DNA of 62,997 bases, filler included, from Globobulimina sp. (Eukaryota), in the NCBI GenBank assembly GCA_003354225.1. It is 12 parts of 12 records of this genome, joined end to end, with 100 filler letters (N's around TTAATTAATTAA, not from the genome) between each part and the next. Parts side by side here need not be neighbours in the genome. Positions count along the whole stretch, not along the records: positions 1 to 5,172 come from PIVH01000686.1; positions 5,273 to 10,441 come from PIVH01000687.1; 10 more parts are not named here. The stretch is one strand, 5' to 3'. Of this stretch, positions 1 to 10,541 are shown one piece after another. Within the stretch, counting starts at the first letter, position 1; each line of letters begins with the position of its first letter. The notes under the pieces were generated by a model. That model was not told where the DNA came from, searched no databases, and was given only the letters and a program-made list of their open reading frames with translations. The position numbers and the translations under genes were made by a program.

Positions 1-1
1 A

Positions 2-3000
2 AATGAAAAAATATCTCAAGTATTTATTGATGCGGTGCGTTCCAACAAATATGATATAATCCAATCCATTCTACAATACTACAAAAATAATAACGATGCG
101 AACACTTTAGAAAATATCATCAATTCTCCAGGATATTTAGGTATATATTTGTTTCATGTTTTATTATTGCTCACAGTCACACTTTGTAACAACAACAAAA
201 AGGAAATACATCATTGTTGGCAGTCTGTGCTGTTTCTGGTTCACTAAAAATTGCCAATTTGTTAATCAAACATGGAGCTGACATAACGTTACAAAATGCA
301 TATTGTCGCACTGCATTACACATTTCTTCTCAGAAAGGGCATATTGAAATCATTAAAATGTTGTTAAATATCATGAAAGATACAATACAAAGTCATTTAA
401 TTCGCGAATTGGATAAAGATCTGAATAGTGCTTTGCATTTAAGCTGTTTAACAAAACAATATTCGGCCTCAGAATTATTAATCAATTTTGATTCTGGCAT
501 TGTTAATCAACAGAATGCGGACGGAACCACCCCATTAATGATTGTATGTGCGGCGCAACAAAAGTCAACAAAATCAAATCAACATTCTGCACTAAATGAT
601 ATGCTGATTATTTTATTAAATCACTGTTCAAATTCAGATATAAATAAAACAGATTGGAAATTTCAAACTGCTTTACACTATGCGTGCAAGTCAGGGAATG
701 CAGTCTGTGTTGATATTTTATTAAAACATGATATCGATCCGTTTGTGTTTGATTACAACGGACAAAGTTCGTTGCATATTGCTGCGGAGAATGGACATTT
801 TAATATTTTAAAACGAATCTGCCAATATAGCTATAATCGGGATTCACAAATATCAATATTTGACCATACAGATAACAAAGGACGTACTGCTTTGCATATT
901 TGTGCAGGTATTGTAAAAGTTTGGTATTTAAATTCTATACACTTTGTATACACAAAATTAAGGCAATGAGTTCAAAGAATGTGCCGCTTACTTAATATCT
1001 ATTGGCGCTGATGCAACTATTCTGGATTATAATTTATGTAATGCTCATTCGCATGCTTTGTATTGTGGTCATTGGACTGACCAATGTCCCGTACAAGTCA
1101 TCGAAGAAAAAAAGGAGGAGTTTCATAATTTTGTGACTGATCAAGCGGAGAAGAATGGAAACAATGATGTTTCGTTTATGAATCCAAATGTAAGTAAAAC
1201 AAATATTAATCCCTTGGAAAAAGCATCACATTTAGAAACGAAGAGAAATGCATCGATGGTTAAATTTAGAATTCAATGCGATACCACACCCAAACAATAT
1301 TTATGTATTATTGGCAATTGTAAACAATTAGGTATGCTGTGTTATGTATATGTTATTTTTCTTTTATATATTCACATCAAATTAAAAAAACAGGAAACTG
1401 GAATGTTACGCAAGGCGTTAAAATGTATCGGAATAGAATGCCAACAGTTTTGTTTTATGTTCCATGGTGTTATCAAATTTAATACAAATTTAATTTTGTA
1501 GGCAATGAGTGACTGTGATGATGGATTCGAAGCAGAAACTAAAGATTTGATGGCGAGCACACTCTCATTGGAGGGTGAAATTGTGACGACATGGATCGCT
1601 GAAATCGCACTACCAAAAGGCATTAATATCAAATATCGATATATTGTCCGTAATTATTCATCTTTAGAATTAATAGAATCACTGCCAACAGAACGAAATG
1701 CGACAATCAACGAATCGATGATTTTGGATGATGGTGTATTTGGAGTAACTGTTCCAAGACATTCGTATCAAAACCAATTCTCTCCATTACCCTCTCCAAT
1801 ACACAAACAAGTGTCACATAATCGTACCCAATCAAATGATTTTAATTTCATTGCCGATTATTTTGCATTTAACGCATCTGAGGACAATTTACAAGCAATT
1901 AATATTACCAAACTAGCAAAAGAAGCGTGCGCACCGAAAAGATATGTACAGTCTGGTTGGTTGGTATCCGACGCACAGTTACAACTCCGTTTGGGTCACA
2001 TGACAACGCCTCGAAAAAGAGCAGCATTGGTCGTCAATAATAATTTCTGCATTGACCGAATTGTAATACGTTCCGGTTATATAAATGTAAACAGACATCG
2101 AGGCATTTATATCACCGTTCAATTACCCATCAAAGCTGAGAATAAATTAAAAGTATACAAATTCCAAGCAAACCAACGAGACATCAATGCGTTATGTTCC
2201 TTGGAATTGGAATTCTTTCCTCGTTGTGGCGCCGCCATCGCGCGCGTCTTTGTATTGCCGTCGCAGATAGCAAATAATAGCGGTGCTTTGACCGTGGCAT
2301 TGCTGTCGTCACCAAATGGTTTATTGATTGGCGAATTTAATTTTGAATATATGCTAATTCAACCATTCAAACACAGACATTGCGGCAATATTTTATTCAA
2401 AACATTTAGAAATCAAAATAAATACAACAGCGGCATATTAATTGGACATCGCGGCACTGGCTCTGGGAAATCAGCGCTGTTACCGGGTCCCCGAAGGACG
2501 CACATCAAAGAAAACACAATTTTGGCATTCCATGCGGCGCAATCTTTTGGTGCTGACTATGTCGAATTCGACGTGCAATTGACCAAAGACAAAATTCCAA
2601 TCATTTATCATGACTTTTTATTCCCAGTCAAGCCGTTTAAAATACCAATCAATAAAATAACATTTGCGGAGCTGAAACAATATAATAAACAGATAACAAA
2701 ACAGAGAAAGCCGTTGACGTCCAAACGAAGCATGAATGTGATAGCAAATTTAAAGAGTGGCAGTAATAAAATTGGGAACAAATTGGAGGTTGAAATGTTA
2801 ATACGCGCACTCACTCCGCCGCCGCCACAGAGAATGCAAAACATTAAACAGTTTAATTCTTTTTTGGAGGACCACTTTTGTTGTTTGGCAGATGTGTTCA
2901 AATTGGCACCAATCAATTTAGGCTTCAACATAGAAATAAAATATCCCCTTTATTCGGAATGTGTTGATGATGGAATTGAAAATGTAGTCGATGTGAATGA

Positions 3001-3424
3001 ATATGTGGATGAAATATTAAAAATTGTGTTTGATTATGCATTCAGTTCGGATCGTTATATTATATTTTCATCATTTCATCCGGATATTTGTATACATTTA
3101 GCATTGAAACAGCCTCAATTTCCTGTCTTATTTTTAACAGAAGGCGGTAAAAAGCCAAGATTTGATGTTCGATGTTCTTCATTGAGCAATGCAATAAAAT
3201 TTGCAAAATCACATCGCTTATTCGGAGTGGTAACAAATGTGAAGGCTATTTTAGAAGCACCGCATTTGATTGACATTGTCCATAAATATGGCCTAATTTT
3301 ATTAACATACGGCAAGGAAAATAATGATAAAAAATATATTGACTTACAAATGCATTATAACATTGATGGCTTAATATCTGATCATGTTCAATATGTGAGA
3401 CAGCATTTGGATTCAAAACAATAA
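2..3424 (+). CDS. Glycerophosphodiester phosphodiesterase with ankyrin repeats and CBM20 (Gde1/GPCPD1-like); 5' truncated, 4 introns
   Basis: GT-AG introns at 141-202, 908-962, 1332-1393 and 1447-1501 join four track ORFs in frame. Ankyrin motifs RTALH/NSALH/TTPLM/QTALH. CBM20-like IIGNCKQLGNWN...IKYRY. GDPD motifs IGHRG, KENT, VEFDVQLTKD, IYHD, NIEIKYP, FSSF, ISD. Confidence 0.9.
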
Positions 3425-3543
3425 TCTTAATTAATTCAATAAAGTATACGCACTTTTTGTTTTGTTTCTTTTTGTAAAGTTGATGGAGTTGACGGTTAAT
3501 TTCATAACGTCTTAAATGTAAAAGATTTTTTCTACTAAAAGAC

Positions 3544-5117
3544 ATGGAGCAAGTTGATGGTGATTCTAACACAGTACAAAAATGGGACTCAGATAAACAA
3601 TACGAAGAAAAAGAAATGAGAAACCATACTGATTGTAAGAGCGAAATAGAACATGATGATGGTGATACTAACACAGTACAAAAATGGGACACCGATAAAA
3701 AATACGATCGTATAGTGAATATTAAGAGTGATGCTTACGAGCTATATTCTTACGGGAGTGATTCTTATGAGAAAAGCATATGCGTATGCTGCAAAGTAAA
3801 ACTCATCAAATCTAAGTCCTATATGATTAGTGAACCCCTATATGACCCACATGAATGTTTTCAGTATATCCCAAGCAAAGCGTCATTGTCGAAAGCTTCA
3901 ATAAGGTGGTTGATTGTGACAATGCTCTTATTGTTATGTGGCATACCATTATGTATGGTGATGTTTTGTGCCGTTATACTATTCATACCATTATCAATGG
4001 AATTGATTGGCGCTTATTTTATATACATTCTATCCATGGCAGCATTGCCTTTTTTATACACACTCAATATCATTCATATTTATCCAGTTCCGTCATATGC
4101 ATTTCTCTCCGTTTTCCCATTTGTTATGTCGATTGTATTTCGAGATGCAATAGCATTCCAGTTACAAATTCGGGAAAAGATTCAAAATTGCATTGGAAGC
4201 AAATACAATAAACGTATTTATTGTGGTTTTAATTTGCGGAAATGGCTTGGTTGCAACCGAGCTGTGTTAGATTGTTTTAAAATATCTGATTTGCTCTTGA
4301 ATTTTGCAAATGAATATCATATTTGGGGTGTCACACTCAATGATTATTGCCCTTTTGGTGCAGTAGACCTCACAAATATTCAGAATTCAGAGGCGACACT
4401 ATTTCTGAATATAATGAGACCATTGAATACAAAATTTAACGATGGCGGTTTTTTTTCATTCGAACAGAGCTGGAAAGTGTACAATCTCTCTGAGAAATTG
4501 ATGTGTTCCGTCATGTTGGCATGCTGTATATTATATGTTTCAGGACCAGCTGTTTATTATATTATTACAAAAGCCATGATGCATTCCAAAATAGTATCGG
4601 CTGTATTCCTTATGATTGAAGTTTCACAATTTGTTTTGGGAATGATTTTGAATGTCATCACTGTTTATTCCATAACAATGTACACTGAAATTGTGTTTTA
4701 TCGACTACGTAAGTATCACGATTACATCCTCATTCAATGGAAAGAAGTAACAGTCAAACAGCTGCCATTGGATCTTATTTAACTATGAATGATAATCTTC
4801 AGGTTTGGTTTGAAAATTGGTCACGAATTCAGCAACTGGGAACAATTTATTTTGAAAACAGAAAATCGTGGATATTTGGTGTGATACTAACCGTTGTTGC
4901 AGGAATTGCCATGGTTTTGTATAATGTTATTTATTTACAGGACTGGTTCAATGAAAATATAATAGCTATATTTTGCGGATTATTATATTTTATAATGGCA
5001 TTTATACGATTGCTATTGGTCTCAATTCAATTTTCAAAATTACAGCAGAAACACATTCATTTGCTTCAACTGCAACAGTTGTTTCTAACACATAACTTGT
5101 TGAAGCATAACATGTAG
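3544..5117 (+). CDS. Multi-pass membrane protein, PHTF/7TM-like; C-terminus probably incomplete
   Basis: Several hydrophobic helices. A 53-nt GTAAGT...CAG intron (4709-4761) joins ORFs 3544-4782 and 4737-5117 in frame. NLQVWFENWSRIQQLG and HLLQLQQLFL recall the PHTF motifs NIKMWLSLRSYLKRRG and VLLTEQINLY. Confidence 0.55.
3556..3707 (+). repeat. Two-copy intragenic direct repeat (~50 nt, period 102 nt) encoding DGD(S/T)NTVQKWD(S/T)DK
   Basis: GATGGTGAT.CTAACACAGTACAAAAATGGGAC at 3556 and 3658. Confidence 0.9.
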
Positions 5118-5172
5118 TAGGTCGAGCCTGGTTCTAGGGTTGAACTAAGGGTTTTTTAAGTAAAGTTTTAAA

Positions 5173-5272
5173 NNNNNNNNNNNNNNNNNNNNNNNNNNNN
5201 NNNNNNNNNNNNNNNNTTAATTAATTAANNNNNNNNNNNNNNNNNNNNNNNNNNNNNNNNNNNNNNNNNNNN
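5173..5272. other. Artificial contig linker (N44-TTAATTAATTAA-N44). The same linker occurs at 10442-10541, 15708-15807, 20970-21069, 26232-26331, 31493-31592, 36747-36846, 42000-42099, 47251-47350, 52501-52600 and 57751-57850
   Basis: Identical 100-nt spacer with stops in all six frames every ~5.25 kb. Contig lengths mostly decrease along the window. Adjacency across linkers is not biological. Confidence 0.99.
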
Positions 5273-5381
5273 AGGACCTTTGTCCATAAGTGTTCTATTT
5301 TTTGTATCCTCGCACTCAGTGCACAATTTCCCTTTATGTGCGAGGATAGAAAAAAATAGAATACTTATGGACTAAGGTCCT
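5273..5381. repeat. Near-perfect inverted repeat with ~43-bp arms; MITE/foldback-like
   Basis: AGGACCTTTGTCCATAAGTGTTCTATTTTTTGTATCCTCGCAC (5273-5315) pairs with 5338-5381, with about 4 differences and a 22-nt loop. It lies at the contig edge. Confidence 0.85.
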
Positions 5382-5487
5382 CGTGCTCTTGTTTACAGAT
5401 TCAATGATTAACTAAATAAATAAATCACTATTATTATATATTACAAATGTACAAAACAAAACATATACAAAAGCAAAACAAAAATAA

Positions 5488-7155
5488 TTAAATGGGTTTT
5501 GGTTGTTGTTGTGACATGAATATTTTATTGATTTGTTTGATATGTGTTAATTTATAATCAAATGTAACATGAATACATAATTTATGCGTAAACATATACC
5601 GACACAACATTTGATTATAACTATTTATTTCATATATCTCATTCCAATTTGTTTCCTCATTTAAACTCAATTCTAAATCTTTATTATCTTTATCTTGAAT
5701 TGCATTATTATTTTTAATTAAAATCTTTATATCGTTTTCATTTATTTTCCATTTCTCAACGCATATTTCATCATAATACACGTCAGAATATACACCATTC
5801 GTCAACAACAAATCATTACATTCATAAATTTGTTTATTATGCACATCCATATCAGGTAAAATCCACACATTTGTCTTAATATTTCCCATATAAAGTATTC
5901 TATCATAATCATAATCATTATTAATCTTCATATAATCGATAGATATCATACCATCTGCTGCGGCATAATTATATCTTAAACACATCCATGCCCAAACATC
6001 CATATTCAAAATACATTTATTCATTATACTCGTACCTCTACCAACAGCCTCTACCAATCTCCTTTCTTTTTTTTTCTTTTTTTTACCCTTTTTCTTTGCT
6101 TTTTTCTTCTTCTTCTTTGATTTTTTCTTTTTTTCATCTGTCGAATCAGAATCTCCTTTGTCTTTGGTTACTTTTGCCACAACTTTTGGCCCACCATCCA
6201 TACGAAAATTCATCCCACCGCTACCCACTCCATTCATTGTATTCATAGCTTGCATACCATTCATACCACCATTCATCTGACCCATTTGTCCCATCTGACC
6301 CATCAGAGCTACACCACCACCATTCATGCCACCACCCATACCTCCGCCCATGGGATTCATTCCACTCATACTCATACCACCCATACCCATCATAGGATCC
6401 ATACCCATACCCATAGCACCTGCACCACTTCTCCCTCTTCCACCACATCTAGACCTATGACACGGTCTTCTTGGTCTTCTCCCTATTACACCAATTCGAA
6501 TGCCATGCAATAATCCTTTAAATAATTTGACACCACTCGAACCCTTCCGACCTCTCCTGCCTCTTCTCCCATTTCTACCTCTCCTGCCTCTTACTCCTCT
6601 TCCCCCCTTTCTGCCTCTTCTGCCCCGCACTCCTCGTACACCTCTCCCACCTCTCCGACCTCTACCACCTCTCCAATGCCCTCGCAAGTGTCTCAAGTGT
6701 CGGCCAGCTCTGCGCTTCAAAGATCGAAATATTCCTCTCCCACGTTTCAAATGTCTGCCCACATGGCTCCTCACCCTATTCCTCAATCCTTTAGATATTC
6801 TTCGAAGTTTCCGCATATGTCTAATTGGATTGAGTCTCTTTAAATGATTGATTGGATTGAGTCTTTTTAATAATCTCTTGCCCCATCCACCGCGGCGACG
6901 GCGGCGGCGGCGTAACAATCTACGACCACCGGTACCTGCATTGTTATCGCCTGATACATCCGCTATTTCATCAATTTTATCCCACTCTGCATCATTAAAA
7001 AAATCGTATAATTTATGATCATAAAACAACATTAATAACGGATTGTTTTTATAAATACATAATGATGGAAGGTCGGTGGTACATGATATTAATTCGTTGT
7101 TGTTGCTTGTTATCCATTGCGTTTGGTTTGATAATTCATAGCGAGTTATATGCAT
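5488..7155 (-). CDS. Low-complexity basic protein: Arg/Gly-, Met/Gly- and Lys-rich core between Cys/Trp-containing flanks; possible secreted precursor
   Basis: 555-aa ORF. The core is bounded by RRLL and RRLV. The upstream in-frame sequence reads LVCVYLTLLLHTNS (signal-like) but contains no ATG. Confidence 0.7.
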   Translation of the reverse strand: MHITRYELSNQTQWITSNNNELISCTTDLPSLCIYKNNPLLMLFYDHKLYDFFNDAEWDKIDEIADVSGDNNAGTGGRRLLRRRRRRRGGWGKRLLKRLNPINHLKRLNPIRHMRKLRRISKGLRNRVRSHVGRHLKRGRGIFRSLKRRAGRHLRHLRGHWRGGRGRRGGRGVRGVRGRRGRKGGRGVRGRRGRNGRRGRRGRKGSSGVKLFKGLLHGIRIGVIGRRPRRPCHRSRCGGRGRSGAGAMGMGMDPMMGMGGMSMSGMNPMGGGMGGGMNGGGVALMGQMGQMGQMNGGMNGMQAMNTMNGVGSGGMNFRMDGGPKVVAKVTKDKGDSDSTDEKKKKSKKKKKKAKKKGKKKKKKERRLVEAVGRGTSIMNKCILNMDVWAWMCLRYNYAAADGMISIDYMKINNDYDYDRILYMGNIKTNVWILPDMDVHNKQIYECNDLLLTNGVYSDVYYDEICVEKWKINENDIKILIKNNNAIQDKDNKDLELSLNEETNWNEIYEINSYNQMLCRYMFTHKLCIHVTFDYKLTHIKQINKIFMSQQQPKPI

Positions 7156-7248
7156 AAAGATGGGTACTAATGTATCATTATTCGATATAGATTCACTATT
7201 AGTGTGTAGTAATAATGTTAAATATACACAAACGAGTTGGCAAACGTA

Positions 7249-8706
7249 ATGGGTTGCTGTGGCTCTTCCTCTGTAAAAGCAGCAGATGAAAAGACAGGAT
7301 TACTACAAAACGAACCAAATTTTTCGAACCAATCACGATCACAATCACAATCACATTCCATCACATTTCGGCCACCATGCCACTGTGGTAAGAAAATGAA
7401 CGCATATGAATTACAATGCTGTTATTTGAATGAAAACGGTGATCCTTTCACTGGAAGCATTAACTGCGATGAATGTGGCAAAGCAATGTGCGATCCAAAT
7501 GACATTGTATGGCACTGTTTGCTTCCACACGACAACACTTATGATTTATGTTTTGGTTGCGGCACAAACAAAGCCGCAGCATCAAACCCAATGTATCACG
7601 AAGAAAAAAAACAAGCTTTCCCCATTCATTTTGATCCAAAACATAACACACAAAATGTGGATTGGAATGAGTTATATCTAATGATGTGCGACGAAGCAAA
7701 AGCAATGACAATACATAAAATACTCACAGAAAACCTGGATTTGAGCAATATAGAAAGCTATAATTTGGCACCGGATATCATTGAGTTTATCCATACAATA
7801 TCGTCGCAGGTAAAAATGACACAAATTGTGCATAATTCCTGCACAGAGGATATTGGTTGGACAGTGCAAGTTGATCAAGATGAGATTTGCATAAAATATA
7901 AAAAAGAAGAAAACACTTTGTTCCATTCAATTAAATCAAACTTTGTTTGTCAAAGTTCTGTGTTGGATTTCATCGCTGTGTTGAATGAATTTGATTTAAT
8001 GGGTGATTTGTTAAAATTGGTACCTGTGCAAACTAAGATGCTTAAGGTATTTTTGAGAAATGTTTTTCAGATTTTTTGTACATGAATTATTTAAATTGTA
8101 TATTAAGGAGTTTACAAACAGCCACAAGGTGGTATACAGTTATGTTAATATACAAATTTCTGCATATTTTGTGTGATTTTAACATCAAAATATTGATATT
8201 CAGTGAACATCGGAATGTGGTGGCCTTTGAAGGATCGTGATTTTATTATTCATGTGAATGCTTGCGATGCGACGGAGGAGTTTGGTGAGGTTATATTATG
8301 GGGAAATAGTCCAAAAGACGATAAGATTGAGGGTGTGGATAATATACCATCCGCGGAAGAATGTGGTTCTTTAAGAGTTGATATTGTTCGATTGGAAGTT
8401 GTTTGTAAGCCAATTCGATTTGGAGTGAAGAATAAAAAAGATTTGACGCGTCTTATTATGATTTACAACGTTGATTTCAAAAGTTATATGCCTGTAAAAC
8501 TGGTGAATTGGGTCGGAAGGACATTTGCTTATTCTCTGGTTAAAGTGATGAGGGATCGATGCGAGAATTTGAAAGGGACAGAACATGAAAAAAGGATAAA
8601 TTCAAAGGATATTTATAGGAAATGGAGGTTGGGATTGATGGATTGGCAAAAAAGGAAATTGATAAAAGACAAAGCACAGAAACAAACACTGGCAGACTCG
8701 AATTGA
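7249..8706 (+). CDS. Acylated (MGCCG) ZZ-like zinc finger plus START-domain lipid-binding protein, 2 introns
   Basis: CDECG...WHC...YDLCFGC zinc motif. START-like WWPLKDRDFI and NVDFKSYMPVKLVNW. Introns 8047-8107 and 8139-8203 restore the frame. Confidence 0.75.
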
Positions 8707-8817
8707 TTTGGTTTGTATATAGTTGGAAGATGGGTTTGTATAGATTTAATTTTGCACATCTTCTACCACAGTTATCTTGGTTGTATAGCACAGCAGTTCC
8801 GATATTTTATGAAACCA

Positions 8818-10074
8818 TCAAAAACTGTTGATTTCATGGAAAGTCCACCATTCTTTCTTTGTGTTTCTCTTTTTGTTGTTTCTTGCTTTCATTTTCTTTG
8901 CATTTTGGTCGAAACAACACTGACAACATTTGTTTCTGTTCTTATTTTGAACATCACAGAGCGAATACAATTCAAATACAGCACCAATCAGTAAGTGATC
9001 AGATGGAAACTGTTGATTTGGAAGTAGTAAAATATCGTTATATCGTTCATGAGCATATAAGTTACTCTCTTTCCCTCTATATTTCCATTCATTGTTTATC
9101 CTCTGTTCAATGATTTGATCCCATTGTAATTTTTCCTTGACATCATTGGACAAAGTCTCTGTAACTCCTTTTAACTTAAAATTATTGCTATAAAACAATA
9201 AATCAATGGATGACATATATTGATTCGCGCAGTATGTCGGAAAATATTTTATTCGAACATTATAATCATTGCAGCCAATTTTATTCGATATTGCCTCATG
9301 ATACGCGTCTTTGAATTTGTATTTATGCTCAAAATTCGGATTGTTATCTGTTAAAATCATCTGTGCGGTTTCCGCATTATGTCCGCTATTAAAATCTCCG
9401 ACGATGATTATTCGCACATTTTCCCTTTCTTTGCAAATATTTATCTTCAGTTTCTCTGTCAGAGCGTAATTAATTCGTTTTAAGACAGATTTTATTTGAT
9501 TGCTTCGCGTCGATTCATTGTTCTTTCCATTTCGCGGTGAATCCAAATGGACCGTAACAATGAAAAATGAATGATACAAACAGATATTGTCTGAGTTTAG
9601 GCATTTTAGACAGTTTTGTTGTTGGAAAGTATTGGTTAATAACAATATCATTGCACGGCTTCGATGATCTTCATATTTACATTCAAATTTAGCTGCTTTG
9701 AACATGACCGCAAGCGTAAAATCGACATTGTGTTTCTTTGGATTGTTTACTTTGAACATATAATTATAACGTTTTTGAAATTCGTTCCCAATCTCTTTGC
9801 TGAAGGAATGTTTATCAACTTCTTGGAGACATATTATATCTGCATTTGATGAAGATAGCTTTGTTTTGATTTTAGGGCATCTTTTGGTCCAATCCAGGTC
9901 GTCTGAAGTTGCGTATGCACCATATCCTTCGTCTGGGTCTACAAAGTCTTTATGGATGATATTCCATGAGATCAATGAGATGCAATTGAGTGAGTTGGTG
10001 GTTTCAAATGGTTTCAGGCATGGATAAGTTTTGATTGATTTGTGTTTTGACACTTTCCTGTCTGTATCGTTCAT
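8818..10074 (-). CDS. EEP-family nuclease/phosphatase (CCR4/nocturnin/PDE12/Angel-like)
   Basis: SWNI, DIICLQEVD, VHL, GDFNS, IDLLFY and PSDH motifs. Confidence 0.9.
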   Translation of the reverse strand: MNDTDRKVSKHKSIKTYPCLKPFETTNSLNCISLISWNIIHKDFVDPDEGYGAYATSDDLDWTKRCPKIKTKLSSSNADIICLQEVDKHSFSKEIGNEFQKRYNYMFKVNNPKKHNVDFTLAVMFKAAKFECKYEDHRSRAMILLLTNTFQQQNCLKCLNSDNICLYHSFFIVTVHLDSPRNGKNNESTRSNQIKSVLKRINYALTEKLKINICKERENVRIIIVGDFNSGHNAETAQMILTDNNPNFEHKYKFKDAYHEAISNKIGCNDYNVRIKYFPTYCANQYMSSIDLLFYSNNFKLKGVTETLSNDVKEKLQWDQIIEQRINNEWKYRGKESNLYAHERYNDILLLPNQQFPSDHLLIGAVFELYSLCDVQNKNRNKCCQCCFDQNAKKMKARNNKKRNTKKEWWTFHEINSF

Positions 10075-10126
10075 ATCATCAGCATGTAACTAAAAAAGAA
10101 ATGTCCAAAAACACTTCACTTTTTTC

Positions 10127-10441
10127 ATGAAGACTCGGATTGCATGTATTTATTTCTGCCTTTTTGGATTAATCGCCTTCTATTTTGTAATAATTATAAT
10201 GCTATTTGATGAAAACTTGCAATTGGATTTTGAAATTAATTTAAATAAATGGGCACATAATACGAGGGATGATATTGCCATTCAACGATTTAATATAAGT
10301 TATGACAGAGAAAAGAATTGTTTATCTTTAACCAACGGATACGAATATCCTTTACAATGGATTCATTTTAGTGATCCGATTATAATTTGGGAATGGAATA
10401 TTTCTTCAAATTATAAAAATATTCATCCAGATTATAGTATA
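10127..10441 (+). CDS. Type II membrane protein, N-terminal fragment
   Basis: Met plus one hydrophobic helix; frame open to the contig end. Confidence 0.5.
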
Positions 10442-10541
10442 NNNNNNNNNNNNNNNNNNNNNNNNNNNNNNNNNNNNNNNNNNNNTTAATTAATTAANNN
10501 NNNNNNNNNNNNNNNNNNNNNNNNNNNNNNNNNNNNNNNNN

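Noticed and set aside
4737-4782. Programmed frameshift between overlapping ORFs
   Set aside because: Explained by a canonical 53-nt intron at 4709-4761.
5217-5228. Recurring TTAATTAATTAA palindrome
   Set aside because: Artificial linker. Cross-contig gene neighbourhoods and ORF tails ending in X or LIN are artefacts.
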